Assembly (NCBI RefSeq): GCF_964355755.1
Contig: NC_092675.1
Span: 20,618,912 to 20,682,911 of the forward strand
Source: Antedon mediterranea
Lineage: Eukaryota > Animalia > Echinodermata
Length of the DNA: 64,000 nucleotides
Reading direction: 5' to 3'
Positions 50,901 to 63,128 of this stretch are shown in pieces (within the stretch, counting starts at the first letter, position 1; every line of letters starts with the position of its first letter). The position numbers and the translations under genes are program-made. The notes beneath the pieces were generated by a model. The model worked only from the letters and a program-made list of their open reading frames with translations, made no database searches and was not told where the DNA came from.

Positions 50901-53900
50901 GTTTGACCCAGGGGAACACGTGTTTGACCCAGGGGAACACGTGTTTGACCCAGGGGAACACGTACTTGACCCAGGGAACATGTGCTTGACCCAGGGGAGC
51001 ACATGTTTGACCCAGGGGAACACGTGTTTGACCCAGGGGAACACGTGCTTGACCCAGGGAACATGTGATTGACCCAGGGGACACATGCTTGATCCAGGGA
51101 ACACATGCTTGACCCAAGAGAACACATGCTTGACCCAGGAGAACCCATGATTGACCCAGGGAAACCCATACTTGACCCAGGGAAACCCATGCTTAACCCA
51201 GGTGGTCTTCAGTCTGCAGGTGGTCATACAGTATATCTTGTGGAATGTGTAATTCAAATTTCTTAAGGCATGAATAAATAGATTGTCCATAAAATCTAAT
51301 TTATCATTATTAAATATAAATTTTTTTTTCAGATGTTAAAAGACACTACATTAGTTGGGATATATGATTCGTTAGTGGTATATGCTGACCCTGGTGCAGT
51401 AGACTTCTTTAAATCTTTTGGATTCAAAGATGATATAGTCCTTAACAGCAAATATGAACAACTTGTAGATAATTGGACGAATAGTACAATGATGTGTTAT
51501 TTACCACCTTTTACAGGTACAAAGTTTTTTCTCATACTGCTGCTATTCAATGCTCTCAATAATAGTCAAAAGTCTAAGATCAAAAGTTTGTTTCAGTGTG
51601 AAAGTGAATGAAAACCTACCATGAGTAGAGCTAGCAAATTGGTATCCATTTTTAGCCATGATTGTATGGTTTCTCTATCAAAAATAGTACTACCTACATC
51701 AACTTCCATCTCAACACTAATGATTTAAGACTGGTTGTCCAGCCTAGTATAAAAAAACATACCAAGTGCCGTGTATATTCTATTAAATTCTAAAATATCT
51801 ATATATTTCATATTCAAAATTAACAAGTAGCGGCACTGTAGCTTATTAATGCACAGGGTATTTGATTTATATCCTGGTTCTTTCACAGTATTGGGCCTAA
51901 ACAGCACCTACACCTATGAAAATTTATGATAGGTTTGTTCCCCATCCAGTATTTGGTGTGTGTGCCCAAATATGGTAGTGATATGACATTTTTTGTCACA
52001 TAAAGTTTGATAGTGTAGACAGAGCTTTAGATATGTTTAAAAACAAATTCAGACAACATGAATATTTTTTTCAGGCCATACCTTAATGCAGGGGAACGAT
52101 GAGTTATTAGACATGGATGCCATGGAGCTTGAATTTGAAAAATTGACCAAGAGAAGTCGAGACTTTTACCAAACTCAATACCACTGTATGGAAAGACTTA
52201 AACATGAGGTTTTAATGTTAAGAACAATAGTACAATCTCAGAAACAGTCTATTAAATCGCTCAGCTTCGACAAGGAATTACTTCAGAAGAAGTGTTATTC
52301 ATTAGGTAGGTTCATTGCATGATTTGGTAGGCAACTACCTTCTAGATACTGTAACTACTGCCTAGACAACCACCCCTATGTCTAGAGTTCAACTACTGCC
52401 TAGACAACCACCCCTATGTCTAGAGTTCAACTACTGCCTAAACAACCACCCCTATGTCTAGAGTTCAACTACTGCCTAGACAACCACCCCTATGTCTAGA
52501 GTTCAACTACTGCCTAGACAACCACCCCTATGTCTAGAGTTCAACTACTGCCTAGACAACCACCCCTATGTCTAGAGTTCAACTACTGCCTAGACAACCA
52601 CCCCTATGTATAGAGTTCAACTACTGCCTAAACAACCACCCCTATGTCTAGAGTTCAACTACTGCCTAGACAACCACCCCTATGTCTAGAGTTCAACTAC
52701 TGCCTAGACAACCACCCCTATGTCTAGAGTTCAACTACTGCCTAAACAACCACCCCTATGTCTAGAGTTCAACTACTGCCTAGACAACCACCCCTATGTC
52801 TAGAGTTCAACTACTGCCTAGACAACTACCCCTATGTCTAGAGTTCAACTACTGCCTAGACAACCACCCCTATGTCTAGATTTCAACTACTGCCTAGACA
52901 ACCACCCCTATGTCTAGATTTCAACTACTGCCTAGACAACCACCCCTATGTCTAGATTTCAACTACTGCCTAGACAACCACCCCTATGTCTAGAGTTCAA
53001 CTACTGCCTAAACAACCACCCCTATGTCTAGAGTTCAACTACTGCCTAGACAACCACCCCTATGTCTAGAGTTCAACTACTGCCTAGACAACTACCCCTA
53101 TGTCTAGAGTTCAACTACTGCCTAGACAACCACCCCTATGTCTAGATTTCAACTACTGCCTAGACAACCACCCCTATGTCTAGATTTCAACTACTGCCTA
53201 GACAACCACCCCTATGTCTAGATTTCAACTACTGCCTAGACAACCACCCCTATGTATAGAGTTCAACTACTGCCTAAACAACCACCCCTATGTATAGAGT
53301 ATCAGTGAAACAATTTGGTTTGTTTGTTTGTTTTTATTGATTTTCAACACAATATAAATATGATAATTAATTAACAATAAACATATATATATATATATAA
53401 AAGATGTGTGGCTGGTGGGAAAATAAGTTCAAAGAACTTTAAGGCTCACTCACCAGAAAAGATACATAAGCATAATCAAGTATGATGAGTAAGATATACA
53501 TAGTAAGAATATAAAATAAGAAGTAAAAAGACATAAGTAAAATAAAAAATTGAAAAAGCAAATAAACAAAAAAAAAACAATAGTATAAATTATTAAATAA
53601 ATGAATCATAAGTGTTTAAACTTTAGCGTTTGCATAAGTAATAATAAGTTACGTAGTATTTAAGTACAGTTTAAGTTAAAAAGAAAAAAGACTAATTAAT
53701 TATTTATTATATTCAGAGACTAAAAGCTTTTTGTAATTGTATTTAAAACTAGAGACTGTACATTTTCTTTTTAACTCTTATGAGATAACACTCCAGAGCT
53801 TAGGTCCAACATAAAAAACAGAGTAACGACAGGGCTTATTGGTAACTCTAGTTGGGAAGAGTGACATTAATTTCACTCTGCCCTGCCCTATGGCTGTCTA

Positions 53901-54454
53901 CATTTTACTTTTCTCTGTGTGAATCATTTTCATTATATTAATTATACAATGTATTAAATAGATTGAAAATAATTGTATTTGCTTTAATCCAGTATCAATC
54001 CCCTTTCAATCCTTTATAATACTATGAAACCAAATTAAATTATTTTCAATTTAGTACTGTAGTTGATTGCACTCTGTTAGAACACATTTATATGACATAT
54101 TATAGTCCAATAAATCCATAGGCAAATTACTGAAAAATGACAATGCTGTGGGTAACATTGGCTGGATCTCAATGGAGATACAAAATAAAATAAGCAAAAA
54201 GCTAAATCAAAACGATAAGTAAAACAGGCAGAAGAATTTTCAGAGCTTTCTTAGTGCAAGTGTATAGTGAAATAATATCTCTATGACTATAAATATATAG
54301 GGGGTTTGTGCAGAATCTGTCGCTAGGCTATTCTCCTGGTATTAACTGGGATTATTATTATCATTTAGAGAAAGATTGCCTGTTATTGAAAATGCGAGCT
54401 TTGAAGTCTGGGATAGATCTTGAACCTGACCACTTCTACAGTGGTGATAGTTAA
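47967..54454 (+). CDS. Uncharacterised GCN5/PCAF-like GNAT acetyltransferase-domain protein with acidic insertion and C-terminal coiled coil, ~472 aa
   Basis: Exons 47967-48206, 48375-48510, 48667-48955, 49371-49535, 50529-50616, 51333-51516, 52075-52305, 54369-54454, phase-consistent. GCN5-like segments: VGLYDVCLPDITPEVLYNTV...KTIILV, KIVACATW, motif A IQICLMGVRKKCRKCGIGKYLIKMLKD, motif B VVYADPGAVDFFKSFGF...STMMCY. Confidence 0.8.
49873..50423. mobile_element. Kolobok-like non-autonomous DNA element
   Basis: TTAA TSD (49869-72, 50424-27) and TIR AGATGTATTGT(C/T)CC / GGAACAATACATCT with RR...YY termini. Confidence 0.65.
50742..51201. repeat. ~21-bp minisatellite (ACATGCTTGACCCAGGGGAAC)n in GNAT-gene intron 5
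   Basis: About 22 tandem copies; explains the spurious repetitive ORFs on both strands. Confidence 0.9.
52353..53300. repeat. 38-bp tandem repeat (AACTACTGCCTAGACAACCACCCCTATGTCTAGAGTTC)n in GNAT-gene intron 7
   Basis: About 25 near-identical copies with period 38 (52353, 52391...). Each unit contains a CTAGACA/TGTCTAG inverted pair. Confidence 0.92.
53318..53875 (-). mobile_element. 3' end of a CR1/L2-group LINE (5'-truncated)
   Basis: Minus-strand translation RVTNKPCRYSVFYVGPKLWSVIS*ELKRKCTVSSFKYNYKKLL resembles the ORF2 C-terminus (F..GPKLWN...SFK..LK); ends in AATAAA and an (AAAC)n tail. Confidence 0.6.
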
Positions 54455-55413
54455 GGTAATTTGCATAATGTCAGTTTTAGGTGTTATACAGTATATATTT
54501 TAGTAATTTATTGATAAAGAATGTAATGTACAATAGTCTCCATTTTTCGTATATAATTATGATATAATTTGTTTTCTTGTTATTAATTAATGGATTAAAT
54601 TTATTGATTTATTTTTGACGTTTCAATGATGATTGTAATTTTATGTATCGACAGACAATTTGAAGAAGTCTCTCTCTCATGCAAGTACCTACCTATATTG
54701 ATAATTTATAAGGTAATTTTGAGTACCAAAACAGATAAGAAACCCAAGAAGAAGGTAACACTATAGTCCATCACACATATTAAGGTATTGTTCCTTATAC
54801 TAGAAATTTGATTTAAGTCAAAAATCATCTTACTTGAATAATATGTGAATCATCTTTGTGTTATGCATACAAGGAAAGTCACTTCAATGGCGGAAAGGGT
54901 TATAATTGTTCAGCAGTGGCCAAATCCAGGTGCCCCGGACCTTACGGAGCCCCCCCTGAACAAGAACAAGATAAAAAACAGGCATTAACATACGTCGGAA
55001 ATGATTAGAAAACCCAAGGACCAACGTTGGAGGGCCACTAAGGGTCATTAAACCAGCGGCTGCAGCGTTATGCCAAAACTGAAAAAGTGGTGATTGTACC
55101 AAATGATGATGCACTTTCCCATGCAGTTTTTACCATGTTCTATGATACAGAGAAATGTTATTTTTACCAATGACCATAATTATAACTATATATTTTTTTT
55201 AATGATATGTATATTTATTGTGTTGATGTGTATAATGTTTTCGATTCATTTGATTAGTTTTTGTTATATTAGATGCTTCGGGAAAATGACACATATTGCT
55301 GTACAGTTCTTTCAATAAATTCTTGCAATAATGTTAAGTTTCTACTGGTCGGGTTTAATAACTTTATTTAATAGCTTATTTTTTATGGGGGCACTTGCTC
55401 ATATGAATCATGG

Positions 55414-55890
55414 ATCGCCTTAATAATAAACTATTTCGTTGGTGACTCCACAAAAGTCGGATAAAAGTACACATATTAATCATTTTTATCCTAGTGATGT
55501 TATTAAACAAGTTGATTCTATTGCATGTTAGGTTTCAGGATGTCTTGTTTCTTATCTAAACTGAACAATCGCCTTAATAATAAACTATTTCGTTGGTGAC
55601 TCCACAAAAGTCGGATAAAAGTACACATATTAATCATTTTTATCCTAGTGATGTTATTAAACAAGTTGATTCTATTGCATGCTAGGTTACGTGATGTCTT
55701 GTTTCTTATCTAAACTGAACAATCGCCTTAATAATAAACTATTTCGTTGGTGACTCCACAAGAGTCGGATACATAAAAGTACACATATTAATCATGTGTA
55801 TCTAAATACACCTAGTGATGTTATTGTACAAGTTGATTCTATTGCATGCTAGGTTTTGTGATGACTTGTTTCTTATCTAAACTGAACAAT
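55414..55890. repeat. 154-bp tandem triplication
   Basis: ATCGCCTTAATAATAAACTATTTCGTTGGTGACTCC starts at 55414, 55568 and 55722. Confidence 0.9.
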
Positions 55891-58044
55891 AAATTATCTC
55901 TGTTTTCTAAGTAGATTGAAATAGAACTTCATTGAAACTCTTTGATTCAAATTCTATTAAAAAAAGTGCTGTTGACTCGCAGGCATGTCACCATAAGTAC
56001 GATGCTTAATTGTGTTTGATTACACTGCTTAAACAAAGACAAAAACAAGTCATTAGTCTAGACGTTAAACCATTGGAATGCTGAATTCAATTGAATGTTC
56101 AGTGGTTGACATTCTTGCTGTAATAGTAAAATAAACTTCATGGTTTTTTTCTGCAATTTCGTAAATTCAATGATACATACTTTTGCGTCAATATGAAAGA
56201 GTACATTATAGCTTATATTTTACTCCCAAGATCTCTCTGCAATTCCTAATCTTGCTCTTTGTATTTCAAATAAAATGTTTAAATATTTATAGGATCAGAC
56301 TGCGATCTCACTAAAGATTATCCCCATCGTCATCTGCGGCTTTTGATAAAAAGTGCATTTATCTACATAGGTTTGTCACAATAAAAAATTACCATAAATC
56401 AAGTGGTATTATGAATGAAGAAAAAAAACAGAATAAGTATTAATCAAAGCACAAGTTAAACAACTGACAAACGTGTAATTTATTGCGTCAAATGCTTTTC
56501 ATTGCGATACGCTTTAAAATATCACAAATTGATGCTTTTTGTATATACATATGTTTAATGTATAGTTTTGATCCAACTTTACTTTTAAAGAAATCCAGAT
56601 GATGACATGATAAATTTCAAAATGTTGATATTAGGCAAAATAAAAAGTTATTAGTTCTCAAAAAGAATTAGGAGCTTTTGGACCTCAAAAAGTTTGCTTT
56701 TAGGGAGAATTGAAAAATCGAAGCGATCGAATTGTCGCTTGTGATTGATCAATTCACTTACGTTTGATCATATTCTCTTACACTTTTTGCTTACGTTCTT
56801 GCGTTGCGTCCTAGTGGGAACCAAGCATTATACACAACTATATTTTGTTACGTAGTCTTGTACTGTGTATTTCCATTTTTTATTTTTTATTTCAGATATT
56901 TTTGTTTCTTGTTGGTTGAGTCTGTTTTTTAGTTGTTCCATTGTTGTCCTGCTGGTATCTTTAATTTTTTTATTATTTTTCATATTGTTGTGAATTGTAT
57001 TTGTATGGTTTTTAAATATATAATAAAAATATAATATAAATACTGTGAATTTATGAGCATATGCCAACAATGTAAAGGTGTAGTTTCAATAAATTATTTA
57101 CAGAGTTTGATTGAATTGTATTTTTAAATATGTTTAAATTTTTAATAAAAACATTGTGTCAAAAATGCCAGTCGAGAAAATGCTGGTTATGTGTGTTAAA
57201 TGATTCGTGAAAATGTTAATTCTGTAGATTAATTTACTAGTTTTTGTCACTTCGCAATAAAGAAACAGAGTGAAGATAATCTTTTTAATCTTGTTAAATG
57301 TCTGGTAAATATACAATGCTTATTTTATTTATTTTTAAAGCAATACAGTATTTTTTTTCTTGTTTTGTAAAAAACTTGGTACACTGTTTGAAGATATAGT
57401 AAGGATTGTCTCCTGGTGTGCAGCTGATCTGGGTAGGTGCTGCACTGCTGGTTGCCGTGTACCTCCATGGTAGGTACGTAGAGAGCCAATCCGAATTTCC
57501 TAGGTTTCCAGTTAGGCTTGAGGACGATAATAAATATCTATAACTTATTTTATATTTTTTTATATATTTGTTAAACTTCAATTTGTGAATACAGAAATTG
57601 AAATACAGAATTTAAAATACAATCAATGTTGATTATGTTTTCCTTTTAACTTCAAATAAGACTCAGAAAAGTAGTTTTTTATATTTTTTAGTCTGAAATG
57701 CTAACACAATAATATTATAAAAAATAATCTTAAAAACAAAATATCTCATTATTTTGATTATGGAAAATATGTATGGTTACCAAGAAAATTAATTTTGAGT
57801 TTGAATAATTTGGTTAGCATGTGCCTGGAAGCCTTAATTTGTTATACAATACGTCATCAAATTGAAAAGTAATAATAGATGAATTTTCAGCCCTATCCCT
57901 TAGTGTGCTCTGAATTTGTAAAAGAAGTTCAGTTGTCAAAGTAGAATATAGAAAAAAAAACTGTATTGCACTTTGTTTTACAAAAAGGGTTTCCCCTTTT
58001 GGGTATCAAAAGAAAGGGCTTCTACTGTATTATTTAACTTTGTA

Positions 58045-58204
58045 AAGTTCTGTCTACATTATCAAACTTTATGTGACAAGAAAATATGATGTGCTCATAT
58101 ATAGACATGATAATGTCATATCACTACCATATTTAGGCATAACACTACCATATTTGAGCACATCACACTTTTTTTAAAACTAGTTTGAAAGTGTAAACAG
58201 AGCT
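58045..58204. mobile_element. MITE family B copy at the left edge of the satellite
   Basis: AGTTCTGTCTACATTATCAAAC ... GTTTGAAAGTGTAAACAGAGCT. Confidence 0.65.
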
Positions 58205-61200
58205 TTAGTTCCAATGGAAACTGTCTCTTTAATAGGTGTCCCAAAGGAGAGGTTCTACTGTATTTCCCCATGTTAGTTCCATGGTCCCTTTAATAGGTGT
58301 CCCAAAGGAGAGGTTCTACTGTATTTCCTCTTGTTAGTTCCATGGTCCCTTTAATTGGTGTCCTAAAGGAGAGGTTCTACTGTATTTCCCCTTGTTAGTT
58401 CCATGGTCCCTTTAATTGGTGTCCCAAAGGAGAGGTTCTACTGTATTTCCCCTTGTTAGTTCCATGGTCCCTTTAATAGGTGTCCCAAAGGAGAGGTTCT
58501 ACTGTATTTCCCCATGTTAGTTCCATGGTCCCTTTAATAGGTGTCCCAAAGGAGAGGTTCTACTGTATTTCCCCCTGTTAGTTCCATGGTCCCTTTAATT
58601 GGTGTCCCAAAGGAGAGGTTCTACTGTATTTCCCCTTGTTAGTTCCATGGTCCCTTTAATAGGTGTCCCAAAGGAGAGGTTCTACTGTATTTCCCCATGT
58701 TAGTTCCATCGTCCCTTTAATAGGTGTCCCAAAGGAGAGGTTCTACTGTATTTCCCCATGTTAGTTCCATGGTCCCTTTAATAGGTGTCCCAAAGGAGAG
58801 GTTCTACTGTATTTCCCCATGTTAGTTCCATGGTCCCTTTAATAGGTGTCCCAAAGGAGAGGTTCTACTGTATTTCCCCTTGTTAGTTCCATGGTCCCTT
58901 TAATAGGTGTCCCAAAGGAGAGGTTCTACTGTATTTCCCCATGTTAGTTCCATGGTCCCTTTAATAGGTGTCCCAAAGGAGAGGTTCTACTGTATTTCCC
59001 CTTGTTAGTTCCATGGTCCCTTTAATAGGTATCCCAAAGGAGAGGTTCTACTGTATTTCCCCATGTTAGTTCCATGGTCCCTTTAATAGGTGTCCCAAAG
59101 GAGAGGTTCTACTGTATTTCCCCTTGTTAGTTCCATGGTCCCTTTAATTGGTGTCCGAAAGGAGAGGTTCTACTGTATTTCCCCTCGTTAGTTCCATGGT
59201 CCCTTTAATTGGTATCCCAAAGGAGAGGTTCTACTGTATTTCCTCATGTTAGTTCCATGGTCCCTTTAATTGGTATCCCAAAGGAGAGGTTCTACTGTAT
59301 TTCCCCCTGTTAGTTCCATGGTCCCTTTAATTGGTGTCCCAAAGGAGAGGTTCTACTCTATTTCCCCTTGTTAGTTCCATGGTCCTTTTAATTGGTATCC
59401 CAAAGGAGAGGTTCTACTGTATTTCCCCATGTTAGTTCCATGGTCCCTTTAATAGGTATCCCAAAGGAGAGGTTCTACTGTATTTCCCCATGTTAGTTCC
59501 ATGGTCCCTTTAATAGGTATCCCAAAGGAGAGGTTCTACTGTATTTCCCCTCGTTAGTTCCATAGGAAACTGTCCCTTTAATAGGTGTCCCAAAGGAGAG
59601 GTTCTACTGTATTTTCCCTTGTTAGTTCCATAGGAAACTGTCCCTTTAATAGGTGTCCCAAAGGAAAGGTTCTACTGTATTTCCCCTCGTTAGTTCCATG
59701 GGAAACTGTCCCTTTAATAGGTGTCCCAAAAGAGAGGTTCTACTCTATTTCCCCTTGTTAGTTCCATAGGAAACTGTCCCTTTAATAGGTGTCCCAAAGG
59801 AGAGGTTCTACTGTATTTCCCCTCGTTAGTTCCATGGGAAACTGTCCCTTTAATAGGTGTCCCAAAGGAGAGGTTCTACTGTATTTCCCCTCGTTAGTTC
59901 CATGGGAAACTGTCCCTTTAATAGGTGTCCCAAAGGAGAGGTTCTACTGTATTTCCCCTCGTTAGTTCCATGGGAAACTGTCCCTTTAATAGGTGTCCCA
60001 AAGGAGAGGTTCTACTGTATTTCCCCTCGTTAGTTCCATGGGAAACTGTCCCTTTAATAGGTGTCCCAAAGGAGAGGTTCTACTGTATTTCCCCTAATTA
60101 GTTCCATGGGAAACTGTCCCTTTAATAGGTGTCCCAAAGGAGAGGTTCTACTGTATTTCCCCTTGTTAGTTCCATGGTCCCTTTAATAGGTGTCCCAAAG
60201 GAGAGGTTCTACTGTATTTCCCCTTGTTAGTTCCATGGTCCCTTTAATAGGTGTCCCAAAGGAGAGGTTCTACTGTATTTCCCCTCGTTAGTTCCATGGG
60301 AAACTGTCCCTTTAATAGGTGTCCCAAAGGAGAGGTTCTACTCTATTTCCCCTCGTTAGTTCCATGGTCCCTTTAATAGGTGTCCCAAAGGAGAGGTTCT
60401 ACTGTATTTCCCCTCGTTAGTTCCATGGGAAACTGTCCCTTTAATAGGTGTCCCAAAGGAGAGGTTCTACTGTATTTCCCCTCGTTAGTTCCATGGGAAA
60501 CTGTCCCTTTAATAGGTGTCCCAAAGGAGAGGTTCTACTCTATTTCCCCTTGTTAGTTCCATGGTCCCTTTAATTGGTGTCCCAAATGAGAGGTTCTACT
60601 GTATTTCCCCTTGTTAGTTCCATGGTCCCTTTAATAGGTGTCCCAAAGGAGAGGTTCTACTGTATTTCCCCTTGTTAGTTCCATGGTCCCTTTAATTGGT
60701 GTCCCAAAGGAGAGGTTCTACTGTATTTCCCCTTGTTAGTTCCATGGTCCCTTTAATAGGTGTCCCAAAGGAGAGGTTCTACTGTATTTCCCCTTGTTAG
60801 TTCAATGGTCCCTTTAATAGGTGTCCCAAAGGAGAGGTTCTACTGTATTTCCCCTTGTTTGTTCAATGGTCCCTTTAATAGGTGTCCCAAAGGAGAGGTT
60901 CTACTGTATTTCCCCTTGTTAGTTCCATGGTCCCTTTAATTGGTGTCCTAAAGGAGAGGTTCTACTGTATTTCCCCTTGTTAGTTCCATGGTCCCTTTAA
61001 TAGGTGTCCCAAAGGAGAGGTTCTACTGCATTTCCCCTTGTTAGTTCCATGGTCCCTTTAATTGGTATCCCAAAGGAGAGGTTCTACTGCATTTCCCCTT
61101 GTTAGTTCCATGGTCCCTTTAATTGGTGTCCTAAAGGAGAGGTTCTACTGTATTTCCCCATGTTACTTCCATGGTCCCTTTAATTGGTGTCCCAAAGGAG

Positions 61201-62070
61201 AGGTTCTACTGTATTTCCCCTCGTTACTTCCATGGTCCCTTTAATAGGTGTCCCAAAGGAGAGGTTCTACTCTATTTCCCCTCGTTAGTTCCATGGTCCG
61301 TTTAATAGGTGTCCCAAAGGAGAGGTTCTACTGTATTTCCCCTTGTTAGTTCCATGGTCCCTTTAATAGGTATCCCAAAGGAGAGGTTCTACTGCATTTC
61401 CCCTTGTTAGTTCCATGGTCCCTTTAATAGGTGTCCCAAAGGAGAGGTTCTACTGTATTTCCCCATGTTAGTTCCATGGTCCCTTTAATTGGTGTCCTAA
61501 AGGAGAGGTTCTACTGTATTTCCCCTTGTTAGTTCCATGGTCCCTTTAATAGGTATCCCAAAGGAGAGGTTCTACTGCATTTCCCCTTGTTAGTTCCATG
61601 GTCCCTTTAATTGGTGTCCTAAAGGAGAGGTTCTACTGTATTTCCCCATGTTACTTCCATGGTTCCTTTAATTGGTGTCCCAAAGGAGAGGTTCTACTGT
61701 ATTTCCCCTCGTTACTTCCATGGTCCCTTTAATAGGTGTCCCAAAGGAGAGGTTCTACTCTCTTTCCCCTCGTTAATTCCATGGTCCCTTTAATAGGTGT
61801 CCCAAAGGAGAGGTTCTACTGTATTTCCCCTTGTTAGTTCCATGGTCCCTTTAATAGGTATCCCAAAGGAGAGGTTCTACTGCATTTCCCCTTGTTAGTT
61901 CCATGGTCCCTTTAATTGGTGTCCTAAAGGAGAGGTTCTACTCTATTTCCCCATGTTACTTCCATGGTCCCTTTAATTGGTGTCCCAAAGGAGAGGTTCT
62001 ACTGTATTTCCCCTCGTTAGTTCCATGGTCCCTTTAATTGGTGTCCCAAAGGAGAGGTTCTACTCTATTT
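58205..62070. repeat. 3.9-kb satellite array, 61-bp unit with a 68-bp variant, derived from the MITE-A terminal repeat
   Basis: About 60 copies of GTTAGTTCCATGG(GAAACTG)TCCCTTTAATAGGTGTCCCAAAGGAGAGGTTCTACTGTATTTCCCCTT; period 61 (58272->58333) and 68 (59825->59893). Confidence 0.95.
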
Positions 62071-62399
62071 GGGAATTAAAAAACCTACCATATTTGTAGT
62101 TTCTATTTGATACTATTCTCTAATCGTGAGCTTCATTGCCATATTAATTTGACAGCATTTATTAGGCCAAGTAGAATTAATTATTTGTTTCACGTCTTCA
62201 ATTACAATTTAATATTCAGGTAAGGGGTTTAGATTAATTACTATTTCAATTTAATGAGGATGGAGGATATTAGAAAATAAATATTAATTCATTTGGCGGA
62301 CATTCATAGTCAACTGTGAATAATGTTAAAGTTGATATTATTAAAGAATCATGGTCATTGTTGCAAATGAAACATTTTTTAATTGTGTATATATTCCAC

Positions 62400-63128
62400 A
62401 AATTTTCAATTCTTCATGTCCACATAATACGTATGTCTTGCAATGGATGCGAATTACACGGTATAAAATTAAATAACTTTAGTTACGCGGATGATATGGT
62501 ACTTATTGCACCATCTGCCTCCGCCTTACAACATCTAATTCATATGTGTGAAAAATTCTCACTAACGCATGATATATTGTATAACAAGAGCAAATCTGTA
62601 TGTATGTTATTCTGTCCTACAGTCAGGAAATTGTCAAAGCTTCCCACTTTAAACTTATTTGAGTCGGAACTTGCCTTTGTTAGAGTTTTTAATTACTTGG
62701 GTCACACTTTGACACCCGATTTGAAAGATTATCCGGATATCAAACGACAGTACAGGTCATTGTGTATTAGATACACTATGTAGAACTTTCTCAAAATGCT
62801 CTAAAAACATAAAGTGTTTTTTGTTTAAAACATATTGTAATAACTTATACTGTGCTTCTCTGTGGGCAAATTTTAATGTAAAATCTATGGAAGCACTAAA
62901 GGTGTGCTTCAACAATGCCTTACGCCTGCTCCTTAATAAACCTAGGTCATGCAGTGCCAGCACCATGTTAGTAGAAAACCACATCTGGATGAAGCTACTG
63001 TTGTGACTATGTGGCGTTTTTTTGTTTTGTTTGGTTTTTTAAAATATATTTATATATTTGTTTCCTTTGTTCTTGAGCTATGGAGAATTAATTTTTTTTT
63101 TCCGAAATAAAAGATGAATGAATGAATT
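62400..63128 (+). mobile_element. 5'-truncated, disrupted non-LTR retrotransposon RT fragment (RTE-X-like)
   Basis: NNFSYADDMVLIAPSASALQHLIHMC...YNKSKSVCM...FNYLGH (YADD catalytic motif). It continues after a disruption as FKTYCNNLYCASLW...FNNALRLLL..PRSCSAS, and ends in AATAAA plus (TGAA)n at ~63107-63126. Confidence 0.8.

Noticed and set aside
50689-51290. Four overlapping repetitive ORFs (EHMLDPG / PWVKHV repeats)
   Set aside because: Artefacts of a 21-bp minisatellite inside an intron; the flanking exons (50616 and 51333) join directly in phase 0.
52353-53300. CRISPR-like array (38-bp palindromic repeats)
   Set aside because: Units are directly adjacent with no unique spacers, there are no cas genes, and the context is a eukaryotic intron.
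58205-62070. CRISPR array or coding repeat (ORF 61062-61244)
   Set aside because: A contiguous satellite with no spacers; the ORF is a chance open frame in the repeat.
62316-63006. Intact host gene or active retrotransposon
   Set aside because: Only the RT C-terminal part is present; it is 5'-truncated and interrupted by a stop and deletion.
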